Assembly: GCF_001194135.2 (NCBI RefSeq) | Contig: NC_068989.1 | Span: forward strand, 44,559,848-44,613,196 | Source: Octopus bimaculoides | Taxonomy: Eukaryota | DNA: 53,349 bases | Direction: 5' to 3' | Shown: positions 1 through 11,534 of the stretch, one piece after another | How positions within the stretch are numbered: the first letter of the stretch is position 1 | How the letters are laid out: each line of letters starts with the position of its first letter | Position numbers and translations under genes: made by a program | The notes under the pieces: generated by a model | What the model was told of the DNA's origin: nothing | Seen by the model: only the letters and a program-made list of their open reading frames with translations | Databases searched by the model: none

Positions 1-94
1 GTAGAAGACACTTGCCCAAGATGCCACGCAGTGGGACTGAACCCGGGACCATGTGGTTGGTAAGCAAGCTACTTACCACACAGCCACTCCTACG

Positions 95-138
<44 letters not shown>

Positions 139-296
139 CAACTATACATCCTCAATGTGTGTGCTTTGCTAGTTCACCAGTAGGCTGAGGGAGTCACCCC
201 CGCCCACACTGCACTAAACCGCAGCCTACCAGTGAACTAGAAAAGCACATACATTGACTATGCGTGTTTGATAATGTTTATGTGTGTAAATATATG

Positions 297-818
297 GGAT
301 CTTTCTGATTTGGCGGGCGCCACTTTTTATTTATGTTTTATTTAGTTTGTTTTCTACCGAAACACTTTAAAACTTCGTATACTTGTATATTTTGTCTTCT
401 AGAACAGAGAAAAAATTTTATATTCGAACTTATTTCATGTTAAAAGTTGTCGTATTTCAGTAATTTCAACCAATCACTGACATCTATTGACGTGAAAACA
501 ATTACTGCTGTGGAATGTAAACAAGACGTTCTAGCGGTGTAATGGGATCTTTTCCCTTAAATAAAATTAGTGCCGTTTGTCAATAACAACTATCAGCCGT
601 TATTTGTGCATTTGTACATTTGTGCATTTGTACTGATTTTAGCCTTAGGGTTTTAGGGTTAGGTTTTTAGGGTTCGGGTTTGGCAAAAATACTCATAACC
701 CTAACCCTCAATAACACTAAGAGTAAAAGATGTTTTATACGACACATTCTACCAGTGTCCCAAGTTTGAAAGTGTTTCGTTAAGAAAACAAGTGGCGCCC
801 GCCAAATCAGAAGGATCC
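297..818. mobile_element. Non-autonomous DNA transposon (MITE), Merlin-like
   Basis: 29-bp TIR GGATC(T/C)TTCTGATTTGGCGGGCGCCACTT with 1 mismatch, extending imperfectly inward. Perfect 8-bp TSD AATATATG at 289-296 and 819-826. GG termini plus an 8-bp TSD fit Merlin/IS1016. Confidence 0.85.
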
Positions 819-834
819 AATATATGTATGGCCA

Positions 835-1210
835 TTGCTGGTGTCACTTAATGGCACTCATGAAATTGTAATGGTAGCCTTGCCAGTATAGCATGATCTT
901 CGAATGTTGGGCCTCATAGACGTGATGACAAGGACTGAGACCACGGCAATATGCTGTGACTGAAAAGACTTGTCAAGCCAAGTGAAATCATAGTTGTGAC
1001 TATTACCAATGTCATGCAAATGACACCCGTGCCAGTGGCATGTAAAAGCATCCATTACACTCTTGGTGTGGTTGGCATTAGGAGGGCCATCCAGCTGTAG
1101 AAACCATACTAAATCAGACTGGAACCTGGTGCAGCTCTCTGGCTTACCAGTTCCAGTCAAACTGTCTAACCCATGCCAGGATGGAAAGCAGACATTAAAT
1201 GATGATGATG
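835..1210 (+). mobile_element. RTE LINE 3' UTR-derived repeat with (GAT)n tail
   Basis: Contains ...GGCATTAGGAGGGCCATCCAGCTGTAGAAAC...CATGCCAGGATGGAAAGCAGACATTAAATGATGATGAT, the same sequence that ends the RTE copy at 25365-26680. Other copies at about 8680-9060, 12355-12560(-), 20750-20910(-), 23370-23815, 27090-27310(-), 31140-31260, 36395-36645, 41110-41340, 43280-43865 and 51760-51995. Confidence 0.85.
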
Positions 1211-1847
1211 TGTCTATGTGTGTGTGTATATCACTTTGTCTTGATATTGCGTGATAACACTGTCATTCATTTCCAATATTTTGTGAGAATATATCTGGCC
1301 AATGAAATATATCACCTTGCTTAGAAACATGTAGGGCATTCAGCCATAGAAAGTCTGTCTCGATGAACTCTGTCTGACCCATGCAAGCATAGAAAAGTGG
1401 GTGGTAAAGTGAGGAGGATGATAATGATGACACACACAGACATACACACACAAACAGGCTTTGCACAATCTCCATCAACCAAATTTACTCACAAAGCATG
1501 GGTTGGCTCAAAACTATAATAGAAATCACTTGCTTAACGTAATGTGCATGGCTGAATTAGAAACACCTGACTGCAAAGCAAATTTATTACCCACAAAACC
1601 ATACAAGCGTTTGCATGTGAATGCGTGGGGGTGAAAGAGAGAGAGAGAAGAATTTATGAGCGAACAAGAAATATTTATTTAAACTTTATTCACACTATCT
1701 TCACATATTGATCTTTTGTGAAAGTGGTTACAAATAATTCCACATCACATCAGCTAATCAACAACAATTAAAAAAAAAAAAAATTCTCAATATTTTCGCT
1801 ACAGATATTCCCCCCTTATAAAAGCATGTTTTGAAACTGGCACTTAC

Positions 1848-1890
1848 CTGAAAACCACGCTCAAAAAAGTAGCCAGGCTTGTAAGTATCC
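1848..1890 (-). CDS. Internal 43-nt exon of an unidentified minus-strand gene
   Basis: Acceptor ttatttttatcttttgtttttCAG| and donor CAG|GTAAGT are both near-consensus, in non-repeat sequence. Two frames are open: DTYKPGYFFERGFQ or ILTSLATFLSVVF. Protein not recognised. Confidence 0.7.
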
Positions 1891-1914
1891 CTGAAAAACA
1901 AAAGATAAAAATAA

Positions 1915-2135
1915 CAGTAATGATTTCAAATTTTGGCATAAGGTGAGCAGTTTCAAGGGGGTTGGATAAGTCACTTACATTGATTCCAGTGATCAACTGG
2001 TACTTATTTTATTGACACCAAAAGGATGAAAGGCAAAGCCAACTTAAATGACATTTGAACTCAGAACATAAAGTTAGACGAAACGCTGCTAAGCATTTTG
2101 CCCAGCATACAAACATTTCCACCAGTTCACCACCT
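1915..2135 (-). mobile_element. tRNA-headed SINE family B (MetaSINE-like central domain)
   Basis: Shares GACTTTGCCTTTCATCCTTT(C)GGGGTCGATAAA..AAGTACCAGT with copies at 2403-2616(-), 3165-3370(-), 4839-5025(+), 5637-5780(-), 20970-21172(+), 45770-45890(-), 47535-47745(+), 48805-49100(-), 49130-49335(-) and 52000-52195(-). The superfamily label is from memory. Confidence 0.85.
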
Positions 2136-2154
2136 TAATAATAATAATAATAAT

Positions 2155-2366
2155 CAGAGAAATCCAAAAGTACTACCCACGTCCTTAGAAAAACCCTATC
2201 AATTTAAATGCCAGTGTTGTATTACATGAAGTTATTTTGTTATTGCCCCTACAACTTCCCCTCCCCAGGCTTTCAGTCATACTATAACATCTCCTATCCT
2301 TCACTTGCCCTAGGACACTAGTCATGTCTTGGCAAATGGTTGTAACAAACATGCAGATTAAAAGTA

Positions 2367-2368
<2 letters not shown>
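2155..2368 (+). mobile_element. 5'-truncated R4/Dong-like non-LTR retrotransposon end within (AAT)n
   Basis: Starts with a degenerate EIQK...HVLRKTLS-like C-terminus and is flanked on both sides by (AAT)n runs. Confidence 0.45.
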
Positions 2369-2404
<36 letters not shown>

Positions 2405-2869
2405 TTTCAAATTTTGGCACAAGGACAGCAATTTCTGAGAATGGGGTAAGTCAATTACATTGACCCCAGCGCTCAACTGGTACTTATTTTATCAACTGTG
2501 AAAGGATGAAAGGCAATGTCAACTTCAGTGGAATTTGAACTCAGAACATGAAGACGGATGAAATACCACTAAGCATTTTGCCCAGCATGCTAACAATTCT
2601 GCCAGTTTGCCACCTTAATAATAATAATACAAACATCAACAACCTTTTCATTACAGGTTCTTAAATATACAATATTGGAGAAGCTTATTTCCAATCTAAA
2701 TTACATCTCACCTCACAGCCCATACTAAATATTCTTCCTAGTCCTTACTCTCCACTTATGAAACCCACTGGAATTATAACTGTATTATCTTCTATTTGAT
2801 GTTCATCAAACACATCAATCAGGCACTCTGAAAACCTCATGGATACAGGTCCTCTTCATCTATCTAATA

Positions 2870-3160
2870 TAAAGACGAAGAGATAAACATATACAATCCT
2901 CTTAACTATGAAATAGCCCAGCTATGGAAAATGAAGAAGGTGAAGATAGTGCCAATTATTATTGGGTCTTTGGGGGACAGAATCAGAAGGCATCAAGAGG
3001 AATATAAAAGAAATTGGAACAGAGTGCTCAGTAAAACTGATATAAAAGGTTTGCCTCCTTGACACAGCCAGAATAATCAGGAAAGTATTACAAAGTTTAA
3101 AAGAACAAATAACATGTTACCGCTACACATACAAGACTCCAGGAGCTCCAAGGAAACAAT
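2870..3160 (+). mobile_element. R4/Dong-like (RLE-type) retrotransposon C-terminal fragment
   Basis: Translates (with a frameshift) YEIAQLWKMKKVKIVPIIIGSLG...IKRNIKEIGTECSVKLI*KVCLLDTARIIRKVL, typical of R4-clade C-termini. Confidence 0.75.
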
Positions 3161-4276
3161 GCTTTCTAATAAAGGCACAAAGTTTGAAATTTTGGGGGAG
3201 GGGATAAGTTGATTACATCGACCCCAGCATTCAACTGTAACTTATTTTATTGAAATGATGAAAGGCAAAGTTGACCTTGGTGGAACTTGAACTCAGACCA
3301 TAGAGACAGATGAAATGCCACTAAGCATTTTGCTCAGCATGCTAATGATTCTGCCAGCTTGCCACCTTACTCTTTTACTTGTTTCAGTCATTTGACTGTG
3401 GCCATGCTGGAGCACCACCTTTAGTCAAGCAAATCGACCCCAGGACTTATTCTTTGAAAGCCTAGTACTTATTCTATCAGTCTCTTTTGCCGAACCGCTA
3501 AGTTACTGGGACGTAAACACACCAGCATCNNNNNNNNNNNNNNNNNNNNNNNNNNNNNNNNNNNNNNNNNNNNNNNNNNNNNNNNNNNNNNNNNNNNNNN
3601 NNNNNNNNNNNNNNNNNNNNNNNNNNNNNNNNNNNNNNNNNNNNNNNNNNNNNNNNNNNNNNNNNNNNNNNNNNNNNNNNNNNNNNNNNNNNNNNNNNNN
3701 NNNNNNNNNNNNNNNNNNNNNNNNNNNNNNNNNCATGTGGTTCGTAAGTAAGCCACTTACCACACAGCCACTCCTACCTTAATAATAATCTTTTAATATA
3801 ATAAAATGCTTAGTGTGTCCCTGTCAGTCATGCTACACACCATAGGGAAAAAATAGTAAAACAACAAAGTGGGAGTGTGTGGCAGAGTGAGATGCTAATG
3901 CAGGCGGACAACACGTAAAGGATCCTGGTCCCAAGACACTAGAGAAAGAAGAGTAAAACAACAAATGGAGAGGTAGTGAGTGAGAGTCAGTATTTAAATG
4001 AAATTAAATTTTTATCATAAATTAAATTTAGCAATTTCATACACATACACACACACACATGGTCACACAGAAGCACACACACTCACACAAAGAGGCATTA
4101 CATACATCTAAAATGATTTCATCAATCCAAAAAATGTAAACAAACATGCACATGCACACACATTCATTTGTATGCCCATGCATAGATGTACATAGATAGG
4201 TATTCGTATGAGTATATACAAGAGAAGGAGAAAGATATGTTTATAAAATAAGTATATGTGGGCATGTGTGTATGTA

Positions 4277-4327
<51 letters not shown>

Positions 4328-5904
4328 GTGTACCTAACTATTTATCTCTCTCTATATAAATGTATACATATATACATGTATGTATATATATATATATATA
4401 TNNNNNNNNNNNNNNNNNNNNNNNNNNNNNNNNNNNNNNNNNNNNNNNNNNNNNNNNNNNNNNNNNNNNNNNNNNNNNNNNNNNNNNNNNNNNNNNNNNN
4501 NNNNNNNNNNNNNNNNNNNNNNNNNNNNNNNNNNNNNNNNNNNNNNNNNNNNNNNNNNNNNNNNNNNNNNNNNNNNNNNNNNNNNNNNNNNNNNNNNNNN
4601 NNNNNNNNNNNNNNNNNNNNNNNNNNNNNNNNNNNNNNNNNNNNNNNNNNNNNNNNNNNNNNNNNNNNNNNNNNNNNNNNNNNNNNNNNNNNNNNNNNNN
4701 NNNNNNNNNNNNNNNNNNNNNNNNNNNNNNNNNNNNNNNNNNNNNNNNNNNNNNNNNNNNNNNNNNNNNNNNNNNNNNNNNNNNNNNNNNNNNNNNNNNN
4801 NNNNNNNNNNNNNNNNNNNNNNNNNNNNNNNNNNNNNNAGCAGTATTTCATCTGCTGTTAGGTTCTGAGTTCAAATTCCGCCAAGGTTGACTTTGCCTTT
4901 CATCCTTTCGAGGTCGATAAATTAAGTACCAGTTACGCACTGGGGTCGATGTAATCGACTCAATCCCTTTGTCTGTCCGTGTTTGTCCCCTCCATGTTTA
5001 GCCCCTTGTGGGCAATAAAGAAATAAGAAACTGAAAGAAGCCTGTCATGTGCGTGCGTGTATGTATGTATGTATGTATGTATGTATTTGTGTGTCTGTGT
5101 TCATTCCCCCACCATTGCTTCACAACCAATGTTGCTGTGTTTATATCCCGGCAACTTAGCGGTTCAGCAAAAGAGACCGATAGAATAAGTTCTAGGCTTA
5201 CAAAGAATACATCCTAGGGTTGATTTGTTTGACTAAAGGCGGTGCCAACATGGCTGCAGTCAAATGACTGAAACAAGTAAAAGAGATATAGATAGATAGA
5301 TGTGTGTGTATGTATATATGTATGTGTATATATACATGTACATACATGTGTGTGTGTGTGTGTGTGTTTATATATATGCTTATATGTATTTATATATACA
5401 TGAGTATGTGTGTGTATACACAAACATACATTATGTGGCTATTTTCAACCAAGACGTTACATCTTATTCTTCAAGTGCTTCAATTTTGTGTATGTACATA
5501 TATTTACTAGATTTTTGGCAGTTAATAGTTTTCCCCATTGTGTTGATGTGCTATTTTCTATCATTAATAAAACTGTTGGCATTTTTGCCAACATGGGTAT
5601 ACTAGTAATAATAATAATAATAATAATACTTTCTAGTAAAGGCACAAAGCCTGAAACTTTAGCAGAGGGGATAAGTCAATTACACCGACCCCAGTATTTC
5701 CCTGGTACTTAATTTATCAACCCCAAAAGGATGAAAGATGAAGTTGAACTCAGAACATAAAGGCAGACGAAATGCCTCTAATAAAAACAACAATAATAAA
5801 AGGTTTCTTCTCTTTGCCTTCCAATTTCACATTTTGTAATCAATCAGTTCCCATTTTCCATTTACAACAATAGAACCTCATTATTTTAACATTGCTCACA
5901 TATT

Positions 5905-6055
5905 TCCTTGCTCCAGTGTCATCGCAGCTAAGAGATCCGGTATCCTAAGATCTGATCACACCACTTCTTCCCATACTTTCTTTGCTTTTCCTGGGCCTTA
6001 GGTACCTTCCACGGTCAGCACACCACACCTTTATTCACTCAGTACTTCACACCAT
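5905..6055 (-). mobile_element. Degenerate RTE LINE 3' fragment
   Basis: Reverse complement resembles the TGTGGAAGAGGTAGACCC...AAGACATGG...GAAGTGGTG region of the other RTE copies. Confidence 0.6.
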
Positions 6056-6130
6056 ATATCTATATGAGTAAAGAAATTCTATGTTGACTCTATGAAATCA
6101 CCTCATGTTGAAATTAAAGGTAATGTATAA

Positions 6131-6640
6131 ATAATGAAATATTAGCGCCAAGCAGTGTTAAAGCATAACCAAAGTTTAGGTTAGTTAAAATATGTTTGCG
6201 ACATATTTCAACTGCTAAAAGCCAAATTCACAGCAATTACTGTAGAGAAAATATTTCTCTTATAGTGAAAAAAAGGTGTGAAACGTCCTATTTGTTCAGT
6301 ATCGCCATCTATCAGGACTCCCAGACATCAATGTCTCAAGTTAGTTGGCTTTTATCAAAGGGAGATACCTAAAAGAGGCAACTCTAAACAAATCTTATAA
6401 AGCAATAGCTTTATGTAAAATACCGTCAACAACTGATTTGCACTGGTTGATTGCCTGATTGTGGAAAATAATGAAATATTAGCGTCAAGCAGTGTTTCAG
6501 CATAAGAAAAGTTTACGTTAGTAAAAATATGCTTGTGTCATATTTCAACTGCCAAAAGGCAAATTCATTAGTTACCGTAGAGAAAATATTTCTCTTATGG
6601 CAAAAATGTTTGAAAGCACCCTATTTGTTCAGTGTTATCT
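6131..6640 (+). repeat. About 170-bp direct repeat pair, period about 337 bp
   Basis: ATAATGAAATATTAGCG(C/T)CAAGCAGTG...GTAGAGAAAATATTTCTCTTAT...CCTATTTGTTCAGT starts at both 6131 and 6468. Confidence 0.9.
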
Positions 6641-6904
6641 TGCAATGAACTGACCACACAAGTCCACTCTGTTGCAAGGGTCAGGTCTCTAATCTAAGGA
6701 AACCTTTCTTAATTTCTTGCCATTAACCAAAATGTCACTTAAAAGATGACCAAGCTTTTAAAAAAAAGAACAACCATCAAGCCAATGAACCTTTGATGTG
6801 AAATACAGTACCAGACCTTACTTGGCTTCCAGAAACCTGGAAATACTGTGCAATACCATGTAATATACTGTACCCTACTAAAAAATATATATTAGTGGCA
6901 GAGG

Positions 6905-7640
6905 CAGTATTAATACCAAGAGGTAATATCCCCATTTAAATATGGATGTTCTGTTAGAACAAGCTATATTGCAGTAGATACCATGAGAGAAAATCTCATA
7001 TGAAATTTTGGTACAAAATTCACTCTTGTTTATATCACTAACAGAGAGATAAGTCCCTATCATATCTAATGTAGGAGTGGCTGTGTGGTAAGTAGCTTGC
7101 CTACCAACCACATGGTTCCGGGTTCAAGCCCACTGCGTGGCAACTTGGGCAAGTGTCTTCTACTATAGCCTCGGGCCGACCAAAGCCTTGTGAGTCGATT
7201 TGGTAGACGGAAACTGAAAGAAGCCCGTCGTATATATGTATATATATATGTATGTGTGTCTGTGTTTGTCTCCCCAACATCGCTTGACAACCGATGCTGG
7301 TGTGTTTACTTCTCCGTAACTTAGCGGTTCAGCAAAAGGAAACCGATAGAATAAGTACTAGGCTTACAAAGAATAAGTCCTGGGTTCGATTTGCTCGACT
7401 AAAGGCAGTGCTCCAGCATGGCCACAGTCAAATGACTGAAACAAGTAAAAGAGTAAAAAGAGAGTGCTGAAACCATCAGATCACATGACCAAGAAAGGTC
7501 AAAATCACGTGATCTGGTGGCCTTGGTGCTGGAGATGGCAGGGATTTATCTCCCCACAAGTGATACAAACAAGAGTGCATTTTACACCAAAAGCCAATAT
7601 GAGAGCAGAACATCCACATTTAAGTGGAGATAAATACTGT
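6905..7640. mobile_element. Palindromic (fold-back) MITE-like element interrupted by SINE A
   Basis: 6994-7058 is the reverse complement of 7541-7604 (50 of 64 identical in my hand alignment). Symmetry continues to a centre at about 7495. The SINE at 7071-7462 sits in the left arm. Confidence 0.75.
7071..7462 (+). mobile_element. Full-length tRNA-derived SINE family A
   Basis: A-box TGGCTGTGTGG, B-box GGTTCAAGCCC, internal (TA/TG)n and (GTAAAAGA)n tail. Other copies at 1-97(-), 3371-3777(-), 5026-5285(+), 22347-22505(+), 26695-27075(+), 38088-38300(+), 38365-38560(-), 38570-38860(-), 39395-39540(-), 40742-41100(-), 42015-42314(-), 46300-46790(+), 46815-47196(+) and 52200-52530(-). Confidence 0.92.
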
Positions 7641-9734
7641 ACCCTGTATTGAGTAAACTGACTCTGTTTTCGAAGTTGGTTAATTTGCATACAGTGCGTT
7701 AAAAAAATTATTCTAGTTTAATTTAATAACAAAGTGTGTTAGAAATTTTTCTTTTTTCAGCAGTTTGATAAAGATTAAACATACTCTATTTTGTTTTTGG
7801 ATTTGGTTTGCAAGATTTTTTATATGATTTCGTGTGTTGAAGCATGTGGAAATTTTACCAGTGAGTGTGTTAAATTTTAAGGCACAATAAGAAAATGACT
7901 CTCCCCAGACACAACAAAACATACTCTACTTTAGAATTAAATACACCTCTGGCAGAGGCCTGTTAAATAAAAATCATATTCTTTACTCTCTTCATTTATC
8001 ATCCTATAAACATTATAGTGTATGCATGGTACAATATGATATATTTTAAGAATTTTAAATGGATTACTAAATATCAAACAGACCCTGCTTTAAAAGTGTA
8101 ATAATTTGAATGTTAAATACAATTTAGTTTTTTACTTTTCATAGTTTATTTTATATAATAAATATATTAATATACTAGCTGCACTCCATGTGGATTTTTT
8201 TAGCTAGCTCCTGTGGGGGTGTGAATTGGGCCCATGACCCAAAACTAAAGAGAGCTTAATACCATAACTATAATACATTTATAACAACTATATGCCCTGG
8301 TGGTGCTTGATCAGAGGTTAAGGATGGATGAAAATTAATTCTGTAATGCAATCATTCTATTGTTCCAGTCCCAAGTTGAATTCCAACTATTGGCCAATTT
8401 GTCCCAAAGTTCTCAATGTAAAATTAATAAAGCAAATATCAATTATCTCCCTCTTGATCTCTGACATCATCTGACAAATGCCAAGCTTTACCTGCTAGAA
8501 ATAGCAGCTCAAATGCTTTTAAGTCATATCCCAATGCTGGATGTTCAAGAACCAAATGAAGGGCAGATTTTCAACCCCGGGATCATCTTGGTTCCAAACA
8601 GGTGTAATATGGCTATGTGGAGCAAATGTAGATTGAGATACAGGGGTCCAAGATGGACAGACAGAATTTCACTTTTATTATTATAGAATTAGGTTATCTC
8701 ACCCTCTCCTTCTTTCTCTCTCTCTGGCAAGGTAACCATGTACCTCCTCTACAGCAAGACACTTATTTCCTTCTCTCTGTCACTCTAACCTTTCATCATC
8801 TGGCACAAGATCACCTCCTCTCAAAGATTCTTTGTCTTGCAAATTACTTGGTGACCCTGCCAGTGCTGGTGCCACGTAAAAAGCATCCAGTCCACACTGT
8901 AAAGTGGTTGGAATTAGGAAGGGCATCCAGCTGTAAAAACCATGCCAAAACTGACCTCGCCTGTGCTGGTGCCATGTAAAAAGCACTCAGTCCACTCTGA
9001 TGGGTGGATGGTGTTAGGAAGGGCATCCAGCTGTAAAAACTGTGCCAAAACAGACATAGGAATCTGGTGCAGAAATCTGGGACTCTTCTGGTCCGAAGCT
9101 TGCTGGATAATTGGTTTGGTTCTCTAATTAAAAAAAGAAAATACAGCTGTCATGTGCAAGTGAGTTTGAGTTGGTAGCACATAGCATGCTTTCACTAATT
9201 GTTTCCAGGGCTTATGAAGTCATAGAAAGACACAGGCACTCTCCTTCTGTCCTCCTGCTCTTTGACTCATTGGAACAGAGAAGTTGTGACAGTAGGTGGG
9301 AGAGAGGGCAGCACCAGTACTTCGCTGATACTCATTTTCAGCTGAGTAGATTGGAACAACATGAAATGTGCCTGTTCTTCTCATCAGGAGAGCCAAGTTG
9401 CACAAGAAATAGTCTCTCCCAGAATTCTTGCTGAACAAAATACATTTCTATTAGATTTGTTCCTATTTCACATATTGCATAATAATTTAGAATTACAAAA
9501 AATATGTAAATTAAAGCATGAAGATAGTATTTTTATAAGTCACAAAATATTGATTATCAATAAAGTCTCAAAAGCTCCACACAAACATTCCATTTCAGGT
9601 ATGTATCTGCATTGCAATAAAAAATATTGCAAATTAATTTCATACAAAATGTACAATATAACTTGGTTAAACAAAAAAAATATTTCTACAAATTCAAGTA
9701 GGCAACGTCGGGTATCACTGAAAATACACACACA

Positions 9735-10598
9735 CAGTGTTTGGGTTAAATCTGACGATTTCTTTATGTCTCCTTTTTTCAAGAACAGCTTGGTGTATTG
9801 GTGAACAGTCAACGGCGTTGGAGAAAATAACGATTAAAAGTTGTAGTTAAGAAAAAGTTAGCTGACATGGAGGACTGGAAGCCAGCTAAATATTGGAAAA
9901 GAGTTACCTGTATCATGATGATTTGCGCCAGGTATCAAAACGCTGACATTACGAATGCTGCTCAATGTTCTGTGAACACCGTAAAGGTTATAAGACGTGA
10001 CGCAAACGGCTACAACGGAGACGACAAAGCCGTGGCCAGCAGGAAGGGACATGGCAAGTATTCTAACTGTGCCTGCACGACGGAATTTATCTTCAAATCT
10101 TTGAATAGGACCTTAAGCGCAATTCAGACGGCTATGTGAAACCGTTGGTGATGGTTGCTGCTGGAAGGCCATATGTGTGACAGCAAGATTCAGCTCCTTG
10201 TCATACTTCCAGCAAGAATAAGTGATTGCAGAACTTCTTCCCTAACCCCAATATCTGCTCGTAGTCTCCCCAATTATAATCCCATGGATTACTATGTGTG
10301 GAGCACGGTTGAGAAAAACACCAAACAGCTATGCCTGTAGCACCAAGGCCGAGCTGGTGACCAAGATCAAGGAAGTATTCCATCTTCCCAGTGATACAGT
10401 GAGGAACGCATGCTCCAGGTTCCGGAATCGTCTTGAGGTCGTGGTGAAAGCCCAGAGCAGCTACATTGAGTAAACTGTTATCTCCCAGTCATAACCTAAT
10501 TGATATTTCTTGATCTTTTTAAATATACTTTTATATTCAGATAGGATATTATGTTTTCTTTTTGTTTTTAAGCTGTCAAATTTAGTCCGAACATGTAC
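9735..10598 (+). mobile_element. Internally deleted Tc1/mariner (DDxD, maT-like) transposon
   Basis: Degenerate transposase with QQDSAPCH...SPNYNPMDYYVWSTVEK...ACSRFRNRLEVVVKA. Imperfect TIRs CAGTGTTTGGGTTAAATCTGACG and CTGTCAAATTTAGTCCGAACATGTA. Confidence 0.85.
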
Positions 10599-11484
10599 AC
10601 AAATACACATCATGCATATATGTACAAATGGCGGCAAAGATATTGGAAAGAAGTCGGTGATGTTTAGATGCCTATCAGCCCCTAATAGAGTAGGTCCTAT
10701 GATTAAAAATATCTCAACTGGAACTACCTCCTTTTTAGTCAGCCTTTATTGAACTAAATTGTATCGCCTCTTTCTGTGAGGAGGTAGGGTGTAATTTGCA
10801 GGTGATTTGGCTGTTATTTCTCGTAGGTCTGGCATAGCTACTCCTTTTTTAAAGAGCATGTTCACATCCAGCTTTTCTCTGACGAAGCGACTTAAAATCA
10901 AAGGCGTGCCACCCGAGACTAGTTCGTCATGTAAAGAGTACCCAAGACTATATCATCTATTTAAGACGACAGGGTGCGATTTGAAATACCAGCAGAATCT
11001 GGTATTTCTAGCGGATGGAGCGATCATGTAGATATCTTCTAATTGGTTAATGCCGTGTAGACCTATAGAAGATGCAAAATATGTTGGGGGAAATTATATT
11101 TGCGTGTGTGTGTGTGTGTGTGCGTGTATCCTATGTATGTGTATCAATTTGACACATGGGCTGAACAAAGCACATACATACGTATACAGTGTAAGCTAGA
11201 TATTATAATCACGGATAGTATTAACAAAATCAGTGGATCTCAAACTCAGGTTAGTTTTATAACCTGCTTAATGTGATCAACCGGGTATTGTTATCTAAAT
11301 CATTTCCGTTCTAAAGTGATCACAACAAGCGGCTTCCACTTATATACCTATAAATATAATATATTACATAGTCGTTATCAAGAAAACAAATACAGGAAAA
11401 CATGACGAAAACAAACATAGTGATTTCCATTGACAGTGAACTGATATTAATAACAATAATATAACAAATATAAGATGAACTTAC

Positions 11485-11532
11485 AGCGGGAACAGAATGG
11501 AAGGGAAGCAAACCTAAAAAAAATATAATCAT
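11485..11532 (-). CDS. Candidate first coding exon encoding a signal-peptide-like sequence MIIFFLGLLPFHSVPA
   Basis: ATG at 11532, 16 codons, then a phase-0 donor GCT|GTAAGT, directly downstream of the ETS/CLEAR promoter. Alternative: the internal tttttAG just after the ATG is an acceptor and this is a short UTR exon. Confidence 0.5.
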
Positions 11533-11534
11533 AT

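Noticed and set aside
645-708. True telomere or chromosome-fusion scar
   Set aside because: The repeats are few, degenerate and lie inside a MITE bounded by TIRs and a TSD.
6822-6836. 15-nt minus-strand micro-exon (ttcCAG|GTTTCTGGAAGCCAA|GTAAGG); similar weak candidates at about 6420-6450 and 7945-8003
   Set aside because: Splice signals are short enough to occur by chance, and no consistent reading frame to the 1890 exon could be established without transcript data.
7071-7145. tRNA genes (also 13190-13262 and 45420-45490)
   Set aside because: A/B boxes continue straight into SINE bodies shared with many copies and the cloverleaf arms are degenerate; these are SINE heads.
10626-10660. AAATGGCGGC start/YY1 motif on the plus strand
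   Set aside because: The frame stops after 10 codons and there is no supporting splice or promoter context.
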